Of a stretch of 64,000 bases of DNA, positions 30,973 to 41,352 are shown piece by piece (the first letter of the stretch is position 1; each line of letters opens with the position of its first letter). The notes under the pieces are model-generated. The model was given only the letters and a program-made list of their open reading frames with translations. It was not told where the DNA came from and ran no database searches. The stretch is from an uncultured cyanobacterium (GTDB lineage Bacteria; Cyanobacteriota; Cyanobacteriia; Cyanobacteriales; Nostocaceae). Position numbers and translations under genes: made by a program. The DNA lies in assembly GCA_963740315.1 (NCBI GenBank), contig CAVUDP010000001.1, positions 1,152,001-1,216,000 on the forward strand, written 5' to 3'.

Positions 30973-31637
30973 TTAGTTCGATTTGCGAGCGCATACAAAA
31001 GGTTCAAGACTCACTTCCTTCTACCGTAAAATTAATTGCTGTTAGTAAAAAAGTTTCGGTTGAGGCAATACGCGAAGCATATGCTGCTGGTATCCGAGAT
31101 TTTGGCGAAAGCCGGATTCAAGAAGCTGCTGGGAAAATTGAGGAGCTGCAAGACTTACCGGATATTATCTGGCATTTTATTGGACATCTACAAAGCAATA
31201 AAGCTAAAGCCGCTCTCTCATATTTTCAATGGCTTCATTCCGTAGATAGCCTGAAATTAGCACAACGCTTGAACCTTTTGGCACACGACTTAGGAGTTAT
31301 TCCCAAAGTTTGCTTGCAAGTCAAAATTCTCCCCGATCCAGATAAATTTGGCTGGACAATACCGCAACTCCTAGAGGATTTAGTAGAACTTAACTTATGC
31401 AAAAGTTTACAAATTGAAGGTTTGATGACAATCCCACCATTGGGATTAGATAGTTCAGAAGTTGTGAATGTGTTTAAAAGGACACGAAAATTAGCTTCAG
31501 AAATTGACGATCGCAACTTGTCAAACATCAAAATCAAGCAACTTTCAATGGGAATGTCGGGAGATTATCAGCTAGCGATCGCAGAAGGTGCAACGATGAT
31601 ACGTTTGGGAACAATTCTGTTTGGACGTAACGTATAA
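30969..31637 (+). CDS. pipY: PLP homeostasis protein PipY (YggS)
   Basis: AVSK, FGESRIQE, WHFIGHLQSNK and LSMGMSGD motifs. Confidence 0.95.
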   Translation: MISSICERIQKVQDSLPSTVKLIAVSKKVSVEAIREAYAAGIRDFGESRIQEAAGKIEELQDLPDIIWHFIGHLQSNKAKAALSYFQWLHSVDSLKLAQRLNLLAHDLGVIPKVCLQVKILPDPDKFGWTIPQLLEDLVELNLCKSLQIEGLMTIPPLGLDSSEVVNVFKRTRKLASEIDDRNLSNIKIKQLSMGMSGDYQLAIAEGATMIRLGTILFGRNV

Positions 31638-32029
31638 GCGATCGCAATTAGGCAGAAAAAGCTAAAAACTGTTGAAAATACTCGGTTTTAAGCTGGGAGA
31701 AGAAAATTCTGCCTTTTAACAAAAAATCAGCCTTTTGATAGATAATCGGTAATTCGCCAGCGTAACGCTCAAAACTGGCGAATGCCCATCCTACAAGCAA
31801 ATATTAGTCCGTAGGTTGGATGACAAGCATTTTCATTTAACACAGAATATTTATCTAATACAGTAGTTTCAAAAGCGACAAAGATATAGTATCTATAGAT
31901 GCAAAATAAAATAAAATAAAGGGTAGAAACAACTTTTCATTACAGAGCTATTAAGATATAATCTTGACTCACTATTCTACGTGGTCGGGCTACAAACGTT
32001 GGCAGAGCGTAAGTGGAATAAAAAGACCC

Positions 32030-32072
32030 GTAATATAAGCTACAAGTAGCGATAATATGTAACAATTATTCT
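32030..32072 (+). promoter_or_regulatory. possible NtcA-activated promoter upstream of sepF
   Basis: GTA-ATATAAGC-TAC (32030-32043), then TATTCT (32067-32072) after 23 nt. Confidence 0.3.
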
Positions 32073-32149
32073 CTATTTGTAGCGGTAGAAGTTGACAAAA
32101 ACAATTTTTACCTTCTCAATAAAAGATGATTGGCACCAGGAGCGTAACA

Positions 32150-32743
32150 GTGAATAATATATTTTCCCGATTGAGAGACTTTGTTGGTTTAAACGAACCC
32201 GTGGAATACGAATATTACGAAGAGGAGCCGGATGCAGAAGGTTACGAAAATTTGTATCAAGAGCAGAATCAAACAGCACCTCCTCAACCAGATGTTGCAG
32301 TTAATCGACGTTGGCGCGAAGGGGTGCCTACAATGGGAACTGATGTAGCAAGTTCAACTTCAGCAAAGGCAATGAGCAATGTTATCGGTATGCCAGGGGT
32401 ATTAAACGGTATTTCTGAAGTTTTGGTGCTTGAACCGCGCACCTTTGAAGAAATGCCTCAAGCAATTCAAGCGCTGCGCGAACGCAAGTCTGTGGTATTA
32501 AATTTAACAATTATGGACCCAGACCAAGCACAGCGTGCTGTAGATTTTGTTGCAGGAGGTACTTACGCCCTTGACGGACATCAAGAGCGGATTGGGGAAA
32601 GTATATTTTTGTTTACGCCTAGCTGCGTACAAGTCAGTACTACTGGCGGAGTACTTCATGAAGTTCCTCAACCTCCAGTGCGCCCCCGTCCGAATCCATC
32701 TACCCAAGCGTGGGGAAACGAACCGAATCGCATGGCACAATAA
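32150..32743 (+). CDS. sepf: cell division protein SepF
   Basis: [36 protein letters not shown] before GTG 32150. Confidence 0.93.
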   Translation: MNNIFSRLRDFVGLNEPVEYEYYEEEPDAEGYENLYQEQNQTAPPQPDVAVNRRWREGVPTMGTDVASSTSAKAMSNVIGMPGVLNGISEVLVLEPRTFEEMPQAIQALRERKSVVLNLTIMDPDQAQRAVDFVAGGTYALDGHQERIGESIFLFTPSCVQVSTTGGVLHEVPQPPVRPRPNPSTQAWGNEPNRMAQ

Positions 32744-32827
32744 AGATAAACTAGTCATTAGTCATTAGTCATTAGTCCGTTTTTCTGCCTGATGACCAAT
32801 GACAAATGACCAACGACGGAATGGGCA

Positions 32828-33646
32828 ATGACGAATCACAAAAAATTTGGCTTAATTGGTGGCGGGGTAATGGGCGAAGCATTATTATCCCGCCTCATCA
32901 GTTGTGAAATATATCAACCATCGGAAGTTATTGTCAGCGAACCACTTTTAGAGCGTCGAAGTTATTTAGAGCAAGAATACAAAATTTTAGCGATCGCCGA
33001 TAGCAGCATGGCGTTTGCTCAAGCGACAGAAGTAGTATTTTTAGCAATAAAGCCTCAAATCTTCAGTGCAATTGCTCAGGAGTTAGCGGGAGTAATCGAA
33101 AATGGAAGCAAGCAATTAATAGTTTCTATTTTGGCAGGAGTACCATTAAAGCAATTAGAAGCAGCTTTTCCTGGCTTGCCAGTAATTCGAGCAATGCCAA
33201 ACACCCCAGCTACAGTAGGTGCGGGAATAACTGCAATTTGTTGTGGTGCTTACACTAAAGAGAAACATACTGAAGTTGCAACCAAGCTATTTTCCGCAAT
33301 CGGGTCCGTAGTAGAAGTACCCGAACACTTAATGGATGCCGTTACAGGGCTTTCAGGTAGCGGTCCGGCTTATGTAGCAATGATGGTAGAAGCCCTCGCT
33401 GACGGAGGAGTTGCAGCAGGTTTACCAAGAGCGATCGCCAGCACCCTAGCATTACAAACGGTGTTGGGAACGTCACGATTGTTACAAGAAAGCCAAATGC
33501 ACCCAGCAATATTAAAAGACAAAGTTACCAGCCCAGGAGGTACGACAATTGCCGGAATTACTAAACTTGAACAAGCCGGGTTTCGTTCCGCACTAATTGA
33601 AGCAGTAAAAGCCGCTACCAAGCGTTCTCAGGAACTAGGTAATTAA
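32828..33646 (+). CDS. proC: pyrroline-5-carboxylate reductase
   Basis: GGGVMG, RAMPNTP, SGSGPAY and VTSPGGTT motifs. Confidence 0.96.
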   Translation: MTNHKKFGLIGGGVMGEALLSRLISCEIYQPSEVIVSEPLLERRSYLEQEYKILAIADSSMAFAQATEVVFLAIKPQIFSAIAQELAGVIENGSKQLIVSILAGVPLKQLEAAFPGLPVIRAMPNTPATVGAGITAICCGAYTKEKHTEVATKLFSAIGSVVEVPEHLMDAVTGLSGSGPAYVAMMVEALADGGVAAGLPRAIASTLALQTVLGTSRLLQESQMHPAILKDKVTSPGGTTIAGITKLEQAGFRSALIEAVKAATKRSQELGN

Positions 33647-34017
33647 GGAGTAGGGAGTAGGGAGTAGGGAGTAGGGAGTAGTAGGGAGACAAGGAGTAAG
33701 CAGAGGGAGCGGAGGAAGCGGAGGGAGCCGAGGGAGCCGAGGGAGCCGAGGGAGAAAGAAATAAAATTGCTTCCTCTGCCTCCCCTGCTCCCCATCTCCC
33801 CCTCTCCCAATCCCCAATTCCCAATCCCCAATTCCCAATTCCCACTACCTTGTTTTTTACGAAATGTCGAGAAAGCTAATCAAATTGAATGTGGTTAAGT
33901 ATAATACTCTTAGTTCGCGCAAGGGAGTTTGATTTATTTATGCAGGAAAATTATGTGCGAATCCTGCTTAATGCGATTTGAATATAAAAAAATCAGTTTG
34001 GATGCAATTTTAATTGA

Positions 34018-36684
34018 GTGAATTATCCTGCCTTAACTCCAGATGTCGATCCGAGTTCTGTTTTCTCTTTTGAACTGGATCAATTCCAAAACGATGCGAT
34101 AGCTTCTTTGAATGCCGGACGTTCAGTTGTTGTATGTGCGCCAACAGGTTCCGGTAAAACGTTAATTGGGGAATACGCGATCTATCGTGCATTGGCGCGA
34201 GGCAAGCGAGTATTTTACACTACTCCCCTCAAAGCGCTGTCTAATCAAAAGTTACGCGATTTTCGTTCCGAATTTGGTTTTGATTCGGTCGGACTTTTGA
34301 CTGGAGATGCCTCTATTAACCGGGATGCTCCAATTTTGGTGATGACGACGGAAATTTTCCGTAATATGCTCTACGGTACACCGATTGGACAAGTTGGCAC
34401 TTCTTTAATAGATGTGGAAGCGGTGGTGTTAGATGAATGCCACTATATGAATGACCGTCAACGAGGGACGGTTTGGGAAGAGTCGATTATTTATTGTCCG
34501 GAATCAATTCAAATTGTCGCTCTTTCGGCAACGGTTGATAATAGCGATCAGCTTACTGACTGGTTGAATCAAGTTCACGGTCCGACGGATTTGATTTATT
34601 CGGATTTTCGTCCGGTTCCTTTGCAATATCATTTCGGTAATAGTAAAGGTTTCTTTCCCCTACTAACGTCGGATAAATCTCAATTAAATCCTCGTTTAGT
34701 TAAAAGAAAAAGAAAGAGAGGCGACAGAAGTAAACACTTTGCCAGACAAGAATCTCCCAGCATAATTTATACCTTAGACAATTTGCGTCAAAGGGATATG
34801 CTGCCAGCAATTTACTTTATTTTTAGCCGCCGGGGTTGCGATCGCGCGGTGGCTGATGTTGGCGATTTGTGGCTGGTGGATGGAGATGAAGCGCAAAGAT
34901 TGCGTCCTCAAATTGATGATTTTTTGACTCGAAATCCCGATGCAGGTCGCGCCGGACACGTAGGTCCGCTTTACCGAGGAATTGCCGCCCATCATGCCGG
35001 AATTTTACCTGCTTGGAAAGGTTTAGTTGAAGAATTATTTCAACAAGGTTTAATTAAAGTTGTGTTTGCTACGGAAACTTTAGCAGCGGGTATAAATATG
35101 CCTGCTAGAACAACCGTAATTTCTACGCTTTCCAAACGTACCGATAGCGGACATCGTTTATTAAATCCTTCCGAGTTCTTACAGATGTCGGGAAGGGCTG
35201 GTCGTCGGGGTATGGATGAGTTGGGTTATGTAGTGACTTTGCAAACCCCCTTTGAAGGTGCCAAAGAAGCTGCATATTTAGCGACATCTCAACCAGATCC
35301 TTTAGTAAGCCAATTTTCACCAAGTTACGGTATGGTGTTAAATTTGCTGCAAACCCATACATTAGAAGAAGCGAAGGAATTAATAGAACGAAGTTTTGGG
35401 CAGTACCTAGCTAACCTGCATTTACAGCCGCAGTACAAACAAATTTCTGAGATCAAACAGCAATTAGGGGAAGTTCAGTCCAAAATTGCTGATATTAGCG
35501 ATGAGGAAGTAGCCCAGTATGAGAAATTGCGTCAACGCTTGAAAGTGGAACGCAAGCTGCTAACAACTTTGCAAGAACAAGCAGCAGAAACTCAAAAAGA
35601 AGAATTGAGCATGATGTTGAGTTTTGCCGTTTCCGGAACGCTTTTGAGTCTTAAAGGCGATAATACTCAATCTACACCAGTCACGGCAGTTTTAGTTGGT
35701 AAAACACCGGGTTCCGATACACCTTTGTTAGTGTGTTTGGGACGAAATAACCGTTGGTACGTAACGAACGTTGATGATGTGATCGATTTGTACGCTCAAT
35801 TACCTCGCATTGACGTACCTCCCGATTTGCTCCCGCCATCGGAATTGTCGCTCAAACCCGGAGAATCCTGTCATGGTTCGGAAATTTCAGACGCGATCGC
35901 CGCACAAATTCCCCAATCCACGGGTAATTTTTCTATGGCTCCGGAAGTAGTAGAGCAACTGCGCCTGGTAACGAGCTTGCAGGAACAAATGGAAAGCAGT
36001 CCCCTGTATGAATTGGGGAATGCAGCTAGCATATATAAACGTCAAGCCCGCGCCGCTGAATTAGAAGCCGAAATGCAAGAATTGCGATCGCAAGTAGAAG
36101 AACAATCTCAACGCCATTGGGATGAATTCGTCACATTAATTGAAATTCTGCAATACTTTGAAGCTTTAGATAATTTAGTACCTACTGAATTGGGACAAAT
36201 GGCGGCGGCAATTCGTGGAGAGAACGAACTATGGTTGGGTTTAGTACTTAACAGCGGCAACTTAGATCAACTAGCTCCCCATCATTTTGCTACAGCCATT
36301 GCAGCTTTAGTCACAGAAACTTCTCGTCCCGATAGCAGAGTATTTTTTGAGCTTAGCAGCGAAGTTGCCGATGGTTTAGCTTCATTACGTTCAATTCGTC
36401 GCAAAGTGTTCCAATTGCAACGCAGGTATGGGGTAGCTTTACCTGTATGGTTGGAGTTTGAATTAATTGCCTTAGTTGAAAAATGGGCGTTAGGAATGGA
36501 CTGGGTAGAACTATGTGAAAACACTACCTTGGATGAGGGAGATGTAGTACGAATTTTACGCCGTACCTTAGATTTGTTATCGCAAATTCCCCACGTTCCT
36601 CATTTACCAGATGAAATTAAGCGTAACGCTAAACGTGCAACTCAGTTAATCGATCGCTTCCCCGTGAATGAAGTGGTTGAGTGA
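34018..36684 (+). CDS. helY: Ski2/HelY-like DEAD/DEAH-box helicase with DSHCT domain
   Basis: APTGSGKT, PLKALSNQK, DECH, SAT, QMSGRAGRRG and EGDVVR motifs. Confidence 0.92.
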   Translation: MNYPALTPDVDPSSVFSFELDQFQNDAIASLNAGRSVVVCAPTGSGKTLIGEYAIYRALARGKRVFYTTPLKALSNQKLRDFRSEFGFDSVGLLTGDASINRDAPILVMTTEIFRNMLYGTPIGQVGTSLIDVEAVVLDECHYMNDRQRGTVWEESIIYCPESIQIVALSATVDNSDQLTDWLNQVHGPTDLIYSDFRPVPLQYHFGNSKGFFPLLTSDKSQLNPRLVKRKRKRGDRSKHFARQESPSIIYTLDNLRQRDMLPAIYFIFSRRGCDRAVADVGDLWLVDGDEAQRLRPQIDDFLTRNPDAGRAGHVGPLYRGIAAHHAGILPAWKGLVEELFQQGLIKVVFATETLAAGINMPARTTVISTLSKRTDSGHRLLNPSEFLQMSGRAGRRGMDELGYVVTLQTPFEGAKEAAYLATSQPDPLVSQFSPSYGMVLNLLQTHTLEEAKELIERSFGQYLANLHLQPQYKQISEIKQQLGEVQSKIADISDEEVAQYEKLRQRLKVERKLLTTLQEQAAETQKEELSMMLSFAVSGTLLSLKGDNTQSTPVTAVLVGKTPGSDTPLLVCLGRNNRWYVTNVDDVIDLYAQLPRIDVPPDLLPPSELSLKPGESCHGSEISDAIAAQIPQSTGNFSMAPEVVEQLRLVTSLQEQMESSPLYELGNAASIYKRQARAAELEAEMQELRSQVEEQSQRHWDEFVTLIEILQYFEALDNLVPTELGQMAAAIRGENELWLGLVLNSGNLDQLAPHHFATAIAALVTETSRPDSRVFFELSSEVADGLASLRSIRRKVFQLQRRYGVALPVWLEFELIALVEKWALGMDWVELCENTTLDEGDVVRILRRTLDLLSQIPHVPHLPDEIKRNAKRATQLIDRFPVNEVVE

Positions 36685-36854
36685 TTTGGGGATTGGGGAT
36701 GGGAGAGGGGGAGATGGGGAGTACTTCGACAAGTCTTACAGTGAGCTACGTCGAACTGCTCAGTAACCTTTGGGGAGAAAAGGGGACAAGGAGACAAGGG
36801 GAAAATAACTATTCCTAACTCCTAACTCCTAACTCTTAACTTCTAATTCCTAAC

Positions 36855-37142
36855 GGTGTAGTTATGCAAACAACATAGCGGCATATTGTATCACTCTTGC
36901 GGGTGCAAATAACTACAACGCATGCGTCTAACTTTGTAATCGGAATAGAATCGCAAGACACTAATTATGCTTTCAAAAATAGTACAGGTGGTTATTTTAT
37001 TTGGCATTACCCAACATCTGCTAATGGATTTCAGATTTTTTCTGGCAGTATGACTAATGCGGATAATAATACTCGTGGTTGGTATTCTAATTGGTTTCCT
37101 TTACAAAACGGAAACAATGCGATCGCATTCTATAACCAGTAA
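36855..37142 (+). pseudogene. probable 5'-truncated, frameshifted gene remnant
   Basis: Protein-like 3' reading frame ending 28 nt before the next gene; no good start codon; begins abruptly after tandem repeats. Confidence 0.3.
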
Positions 37143-37169
37143 ATTCATACACAAAGGAAGATAATTCAA

Positions 37170-37670
37170 ATGAAAAATAAATTTGTAATTGTAGGAATAA
37201 GTTTACTAGTCATAACTAGCATCACTTCTATTGCTTTTGCTAATCAAAAGGAACCAAAACAAAATCCTCGTCCAGATTGGATAAAACCTGGTAAGCCCGA
37301 AACTGTATCAACCCCTAATTCTAAGCAGTATCTGTATCCAGATAACAGTTTTAAAGATGAACGGAAACTAATTAAAAAAAATGATGTTATTAAAGGCAAG
37401 CTCAAGGAAGATTTAAATCTCAAGGAACTAAGATTAATTAAGTATTCCGAATACATAGATATCTTAAAAGCTAATAATGGCGATGTAGTTCAAGATATGC
37501 AAATTCATCCCAATCGATTAGTATGGGTAGCTTTCATTGAAGCTCCAGAAGGTATAGAAATCAACCAAAAGAATACTGGAACTGTCAAATATAAGAAATC
37601 AAAAATAACTATAGTCTTTGATGCAGAGACTGGAGAAAGACTTGCTACTAGTGTTGCAGAAATAAGTTAA
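37170..37670 (+). CDS. hypothetical secreted protein
   Basis: Signal peptide ending AFA; AAAGGAAG upstream; C-terminal FDAETGE (PepSY-like ending). Confidence 0.7.
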   Translation: MKNKFVIVGISLLVITSITSIAFANQKEPKQNPRPDWIKPGKPETVSTPNSKQYLYPDNSFKDERKLIKKNDVIKGKLKEDLNLKELRLIKYSEYIDILKANNGDVVQDMQIHPNRLVWVAFIEAPEGIEINQKNTGTVKYKKSKITIVFDAETGERLATSVAEIS

Positions 37671-37752
37671 ATTTATTTTGTTGAATTAAAAAAGCTTGGC
37701 TTATAACCTCAAATTACAACATTTATAACTTTTTTAATCGGGAATTTTAGTA

Positions 37753-38334
37753 TTAATTCTTCTCTCCAATATCAAACCGAACTTGTCGATACAGTTTCTC
37801 CACCGGAATCGAAATTCCCACGCTTTCTAAAATTAAAGTATCTCCTTCCCCGTAGGTATGTAAAACCCATAAACCTTGATCGTTACGACGAAAGCATTCC
37901 ACAGCAATTTCATCAGATTCAATCAAAACGTATTCTTGCAAAGTACTTGATTGACGGTAGCGAGTAAACTTTTTACCTCTGTCAAAAGCTGCGGTTGATG
38001 GGGAAAGCACTTCGACAATTAAACAAGGATATCGAACCATATCAATTGATTCTCGATCGCGATCGTCGCAAGTTACCACCACATCAGGATAATGATAAGG
38101 TCCAGATTCTGATACTTTTACTTTTACATCAGATATGTAAACTTCACAATCTTTTCCTGCTAAAAAATCATCTAACTTATTGTAGAAGTTTCCTGCAATG
38201 CGGTTGTGGGGTTTTGTTCCCCCTGTCATTGCGAATACTTCTCCGTCAATGTATTCATAACGGAGTTCCTGAGTTTTTTCCCATTCGAGGTATTCCTGGG
38301 GACTCATGTATTGGAATTGAGGATTAGCAACCAT
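37753..38334 (-). CDS. Uma2 (DUF820) family endonuclease-fold protein
   Basis: RYEYIDGEVFAMTGG, YPDVVV, IVEVLSPST and DRGKKF motifs. Confidence 0.92.
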   Translation of the reverse strand: MVANPQFQYMSPQEYLEWEKTQELRYEYIDGEVFAMTGGTKPHNRIAGNFYNKLDDFLAGKDCEVYISDVKVKVSESGPYHYPDVVVTCDDRDRESIDMVRYPCLIVEVLSPSTAAFDRGKKFTRYRQSSTLQEYVLIESDEIAVECFRRNDQGLWVLHTYGEGDTLILESVGISIPVEKLYRQVRFDIGEKN

Positions 38335-38607
38335 TTGTTATTTCCAGATAATGGATATGTCTTATATCAATTTTATATATAGAATTACTATTTGATTTTT
38401 AAGAAATACGTAGCACCACTATAACTAGATTTCGGTGCGTTAGGCTGAAGCCATAACGCACCCTACAAATACTTAATTTTGTTCAATATTCAAATCGGAT
38501 TCCTATATTAATAGCGATCGCTCGAAAAGCCCCCCAACTCAGCGGGGGGTTGGTTCTATCTAATTTGTGGAAACACGATAAAAAATTGGTATTAATTCGC
38601 ATTCAGA

Positions 38608-40191
38608 TTAAGAATGATTAATCAAACAAGCTTGCTCTAATTCAACTAATAAATCCTTTTCAATCGGCTTACTAGAAAGAATATCGTGTTTTAAATCTCC
38701 CCATTTTTTACCAGATTTAGCTTTATATAAACTAATAATTTCTGGAATTTGCGAAGAAACCATAACTTGCACGGGTTGTAATTGTTCTAATTGTCTGGCG
38801 CGATGATAATGATGGGATTTTTGTAACTCTTGCTCTAATTGGAAAGCTATTTTTTCGGGGTTTTGTGCGGTATCAATTAATAACAGATAATGCTCTTGCG
38901 GATGCTTTACAGGTACTAAAGTTTTAAAACAGCTTCCTTGTAAAGGTAAACTTTCTAAAACATCGCGAACAAAATGGGAATGCAATTTTTCACCAACTAA
39001 ATCGCTAACTTCTTTTTGTCTGCCGATAAATTCCAAACAAGGTGTATTCAGATATGAATGAGTAAAACGTACTCTATCTCCAATACGATAACGATATAAT
39101 CCTCCTTTTTGAGAAATAATCATTTCATAGGTTTCTCCCTGTTTTAATTCATGAAGTTGAGAAATCAACCCGTTTTCATCTAGAAACTCGAAAAACACTT
39201 CATTAAGTAGGGGTACGCATCCTTTTGCGGGAATCAAGGGAATAGTCATTGGTGCTTCTGTAGCGAGAAGTCCTTTTCCCTGTACTAAAACGTTAGGAAA
39301 CAAAGAGCGAAAAAAATCGGCACCATCAGCAGCGTTGGCGCTATCCCAGCAAGAAATTAATTTAAGTTGGCTCCATAATAGATTCCAAGGAATGCGATCG
39401 CGATTAATTGTTTGTATAGAAACTTGTTTGAATAATTCAGGTTGTAACAGCATTAAACGCCGTTTTGCTGACATTTTATTTGTAAGTTCTGAAGCTAGAG
39501 AGAGGCGATGATTTTGAATATAATCAAGGATGACTTTGAGAAAACTTGGACTCCAAATAGAGATGATTTCTAAATTTTCGGAAGTTAAAAGTGACTGAGC
39601 AAGTTTATGTTTAAATTTTTCTGGATCGCGTACTTTATTTAATTCAGATGGTGAAACTAAAAACTGACTCATTACCCACTTCAACCAGCCATCTAAATAT
39701 TCCGAATCGTCTTGTAAAGATTGAGAAGAGGTTTTTTGTAATTCTTCTTTTCCCAATTGTGGTGAAATACAAAAATATATTTGTCCGGTGGTAAACTTAG
39801 GACCATGTTTAATTAAATCATGCGCCCATACACAAAACATTTGATTGAAAGAATGTCGCAAAGATTTGGTATAGGGAATCAATTTAGCTGTACCACGACT
39901 TCCAGAAGTTTTTTCATAGAAAACAACTTTTTCGGAGGTGAATAATTCAGTTTGTTCTCGGTGTTGAGTATGAATCCAATTTTGAATATTATGATATTCT
40001 ACTATCGGAATACGATGCCAATCATCAATAGTTTTAACGCGTAAATATCTACCGTAATCGCTTTCAATCAAACTGTTTAATATTTCTTGCTGTACTTTTT
40101 TTTGTGCAGCTTGGGGATTTTCTAAAGCTCGATAAAAAGTCTTACTAGCAGATTCGATTAGTTTGCCAAAAAGTTGTATTGTTAAACGCAT
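38608..40191 (-). CDS. GH3 family acyl-adenylate/amide ligase
   Basis: EKTSGSRGTAKLIPYT, GLLATEAP, FFEF, GGLYRYRIGD and GEKL motifs. Confidence 0.88.
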   Translation of the reverse strand: MRLTIQLFGKLIESASKTFYRALENPQAAQKKVQQEILNSLIESDYGRYLRVKTIDDWHRIPIVEYHNIQNWIHTQHREQTELFTSEKVVFYEKTSGSRGTAKLIPYTKSLRHSFNQMFCVWAHDLIKHGPKFTTGQIYFCISPQLGKEELQKTSSQSLQDDSEYLDGWLKWVMSQFLVSPSELNKVRDPEKFKHKLAQSLLTSENLEIISIWSPSFLKVILDYIQNHRLSLASELTNKMSAKRRLMLLQPELFKQVSIQTINRDRIPWNLLWSQLKLISCWDSANAADGADFFRSLFPNVLVQGKGLLATEAPMTIPLIPAKGCVPLLNEVFFEFLDENGLISQLHELKQGETYEMIISQKGGLYRYRIGDRVRFTHSYLNTPCLEFIGRQKEVSDLVGEKLHSHFVRDVLESLPLQGSCFKTLVPVKHPQEHYLLLIDTAQNPEKIAFQLEQELQKSHHYHRARQLEQLQPVQVMVSSQIPEIISLYKAKSGKKWGDLKHDILSSKPIEKDLLVELEQACLINHS

Positions 40192-40203
40192 AAAGTTATT
40201 TTT

Positions 40204-40839
40204 CTATAAATCAGTTATGTCTTTTTCTAAGTTTCCTACTAATGCATTTGGATACAAACGGCTATCAGCAGAAATAAAAGTTCCATCGGGGATAATTACA
40301 CCAGGAGCAAGATAAGAATTCGCTCCTAAAAAGACATTGTTACCAATTTTTATTTTTTTGACATACAGCATTAAATCTTGCTTTTTGGGTTTAACTATAT
40401 GAGCAAAAAGACCGCAACTTTGACCGAAAACTACGCGATCGCCTATTTCTATTAAGGAACGATCTGCTATTTCTAAATTGGGAGTCCAATAAACATTCTG
40501 ACCAACTTTTGCTCCCCACAGTCGTAACCACAACGAAAATGCACCGGGAATTAGACGTAATGCTGATTCAAAGAAGCTAAAAGTAATGTATATAGACTGT
40601 ATTTGATGACTTCCCCACCAAGGTGAATATTCTTTACCTTGTAAATAACTAATTCCTTCTTCAATGGGGTAAAAATAGTCATGTATTTTGTGGATTAATA
40701 ATGGAAATCCGTAGAAGGAAAATAAAAAAGCAGCAACGCTAAAAATTCCAGGGGAATAGCAAATCCACAGGAAAGAAATAAATCCCAATAGCATTACAAC
40801 AGCAGGGAATAAGGAAAGTATAGTACTTTTTAAAGTCAT
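40204..40839 (-). CDS. membrane-anchored left-handed beta-helix acyltransferase-like protein
   Basis: Two N-terminal TM segments; LRLWGAKVG, IEIGDRVVFG and IKIGNNVFLG hexapeptide repeats. Confidence 0.75.
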   Translation of the reverse strand: MTLKSTILSLFPAVVMLLGFISFLWICYSPGIFSVAAFLFSFYGFPLLIHKIHDYFYPIEEGISYLQGKEYSPWWGSHQIQSIYITFSFFESALRLIPGAFSLWLRLWGAKVGQNVYWTPNLEIADRSLIEIGDRVVFGQSCGLFAHIVKPKKQDLMLYVKKIKIGNNVFLGANSYLAPGVIIPDGTFISADSRLYPNALVGNLEKDITDL

Positions 40840-41028
40840 GGATTTAAATATGGTAGTTGCTTGAACGCGATCGCTTGCACTATTCTCTACAAGTCTGCTG
40901 CATTATAAATGGGACATAATTTAGTTATTTCCACGGTATTCGACATATTGAGTAGTAATACCAACTGCTTTGAAATCGCGTATAAATCCGGAATATAGAT
41001 CGGTTAGATTACAATTACTTTAAATTCT

Positions 41029-41345
41029 CTAGTTGAATATGATGAAATTAAAATGTTTTCACCGTTTTCCCGACGTACCGCAACTTCAGTATTTATTGAG
41101 AAGTCGGGTTTTTATAAAATTTGTAAGTGTATTACAGATACGTGTTCTAAAAACCCGACTTCTGAGCATTAAAATTAGGGGTGCGGTATTTAAGCCGTGT
41201 GGTACTAGTTGAATATGATGAAATTAAAATGTTTTCACCGTTTTCCCGACGCACCGCAAGTTCAGTATTATTGAGAAGTCGGGTTTTTATAAAATTTGTA
41301 AGTGTATTACAGATACCTATTCTAAAAACCCGACTTCTGAGCATT
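41029..41345. repeat. about 142-bp direct duplication (41029-41170; 41205-41345), each copy containing an AGAAGTCGGGTTTTT...AAAAACCCGACTTCT inverted repeat
   Basis: Near-identical copies seen directly. Confidence 0.92.
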
Positions 41346-41352
41346 TACATTC

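Noticed and set aside
31750..31825. Hairpins between pipY and sepF as a possible tRNA or ncRNA
   Set aside because: No cloverleaf or T-loop; they resemble dispersed palindromic repeats or a terminator
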